DNA of 63,397 bases from an uncultured virus (IMG/VR IMGVR_UViG_3300018411_000016). Lineage: Duplodnaviria; Heunggongvirae; Uroviricota; Caudoviricetes. The notes beneath the pieces are model-generated. The model saw nothing but the letters and a program-made list of their open reading frames with translations. It was not told where the DNA came from and made no database searches. Location of the stretch: IMG/VR virus record IMGVR_UViG_3300018411_000016; one strand, 5' to 3'. This document shows, one piece after another, positions 61,613-63,397 of this stretch (position 1 is the stretch's first letter; each line of letters opens with the position of its first letter). A program made the position numbers and the translations under genes.

Positions 61613-63302
61613 AAATAGTATTAAGTAGGTGCAAATAGATGCAAAGTGGTGAGAAAGAGATGGTGTTAGGTGAGACAAGGTATAGAGGATATAAAAAGAG
61701 ATGAAAAGATAAAAATGATGTTTGTGGAGCTTATGAAAAAGTCGTGAAAATTGTAGGTAATATAAGGGATTGAATATGATTGATATTAGAAAATGATTGA
61801 GAGTAAGTGTGTTTCCAAAGGATAGAAATGGATGTGAAAATATATTAAATGAATTATAAAATAATAGGGGATTATACAAGTAAATATAAGGGATTTGTAT
61901 AATCTGGATGTGAATGTAGATAAGGTGTTATGTGGGTGTTAAACGACATTTATATGGTCTTCATGATGTGTTCTCAAAATGACTATGTAGAACAGATATT
62001 TGAATCGTAATGTAAATATCGTCAGAGTGTAGGAGATATAAGGAGAAATTAGGTGTTATATAGGGTAGAAATGGACTATATTGAGGTGGTTGATAAAAAC
62101 TATGAAAGAGATGATAGATGGGAGGGAGATTATTGTGATAGGTGAAGTAGTTGTATTATATGGATATTACATAGGATTGAGGAGATAGAATGAAGGATAG
62201 GTTGAGATAGGAATATGGGATTTGACGATATGATAACGATATTTAAGGGTAAAAAAGAGTGATTTTTGTTGCATATTGTGTAATAATTAATGATAAAATG
62301 TTATGATATGTGGAGATATTTAGAGGAAATGAGAAATGGAAAGTGTAGGAAAATAGGGGAGTTTGGAGGGGGTTGTGTGGATGATATAACTACCCACCTG
62401 TAGCAAAGGTGCATTTCACTTTTAGGTGTAAAGAGTACCCCTCTAAGTGCCTAAAAATAGGGATTTCAGACCGTTTTTATGGCCATTTTAACAATACATT
62501 AACAATGGATAATATAGTATTATGCACTGTTGTTGAGATAGAGCTGATTGAAGGTCTGATGCAGTAGGGTAGACGATAATTATTATTGTTTATTTCACGA
62601 TATGGATATATCGTCAATTTGTTTACTAATACTAAACAAAAAATTTCAATCAATTATTGTAATATATTTGTAATAATATAGTAATACTACTGCAATATTT
62701 AAACAACATAATATTAATATAATTGATACATAATTGCAACACATCTGTAACAATTTATTAACATATACATAATATATCTGTAATACTTTATTAATATTTA
62801 TTAACACTTTTGTAATAATTATATCTGCGTTCCATTTCTATAAATTAAATACATTAACACAACTGCATTTATACTAATATCTATCTAATATCTATATTAC
62901 CATCATATCTACAGCTATACCATTCAATCCAGCATATCCAATACACTAACCATATTGTATTAACCTATATCAATTCATACACCATACACGTTCTATTATA
63001 CCATTACATTTCCCTTGAGCAATATACCTTTATGTATTCATATCTATATCATATTTATCTTATATGCCACTTCATTCTCTCAAGCACTCTTATACACTCT
63101 TACAACATCATACAGCAGTCTATACTATTGATCTGTACTCTACATTGGAAATCTTATATATATCTGCTTACAATGCCCTTTACATCAGTATTATACCACT
63201 ATTGTACTCCTATTATATTACTTCCTTCCTTTATATGCAAAACGAATATCATACCAATATTCTGCCACATTAAAATAAATTAAATGATTTTATAAAAACA
63301 TA

Positions 63303-63331
63303 TTGACAATACATTAAACATATGCTATTCT
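63303..63331 (+). promoter_or_regulatory. SigA-type promoter
   Basis: TTGACA-17-TATTCT with extended TG. Confidence 0.55.
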
Positions 63332-63397
63332 ATGTATATCAACAACGGATAACAAATAGCAAATACACTGTTGATGCAGCATTATAAAATGTATCAC

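Noticed and set aside
61592..63283. ORFs 61592-61879, 63032-63283 and 63064-63273
   Set aside because: Low-complexity translations caused by compositional skew; no RBS.

Overview
AT-rich Firmicute (Clostridia-like) temperate phage segment with SPbeta-like organisation. Most genes lie on the - strand: YonO-like RNA polymerase, HU, terminase, portal, head, tail, tape measure, fibres and lysis. It also carries plasmid maintenance functions (Rep with antisense/attenuator leader, iterons, ParM-ParR-parC, resolvase with a three-subsite res site), so it is probably a phage-plasmid. Five group I introns interrupt essential genes: three in the tape measure gene, one in the RNA polymerase, and an IS607-type TnpB IStron in a tail gene. 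The most striking feature is tape-measure intron 3 (24279-27556, about 3.3 kb). Its distant 3' splice site is supported by P10 and P9.0 pairings and an in-frame join. In place of a homing endonuclease it carries independently promoted cargo (type I toxin-antitoxin, HTH + antirepressor operon, two opposite-strand genes) and same-strand terminators. Other notable items: a four-copy family of small acidic 'LLET' proteins, mostly tied to the insertions; apparent ACG and ATC start codons on portal and RNAP; two dispersed intergenic motif families. All calls come from manual reading and motif recognition; no database search was run.
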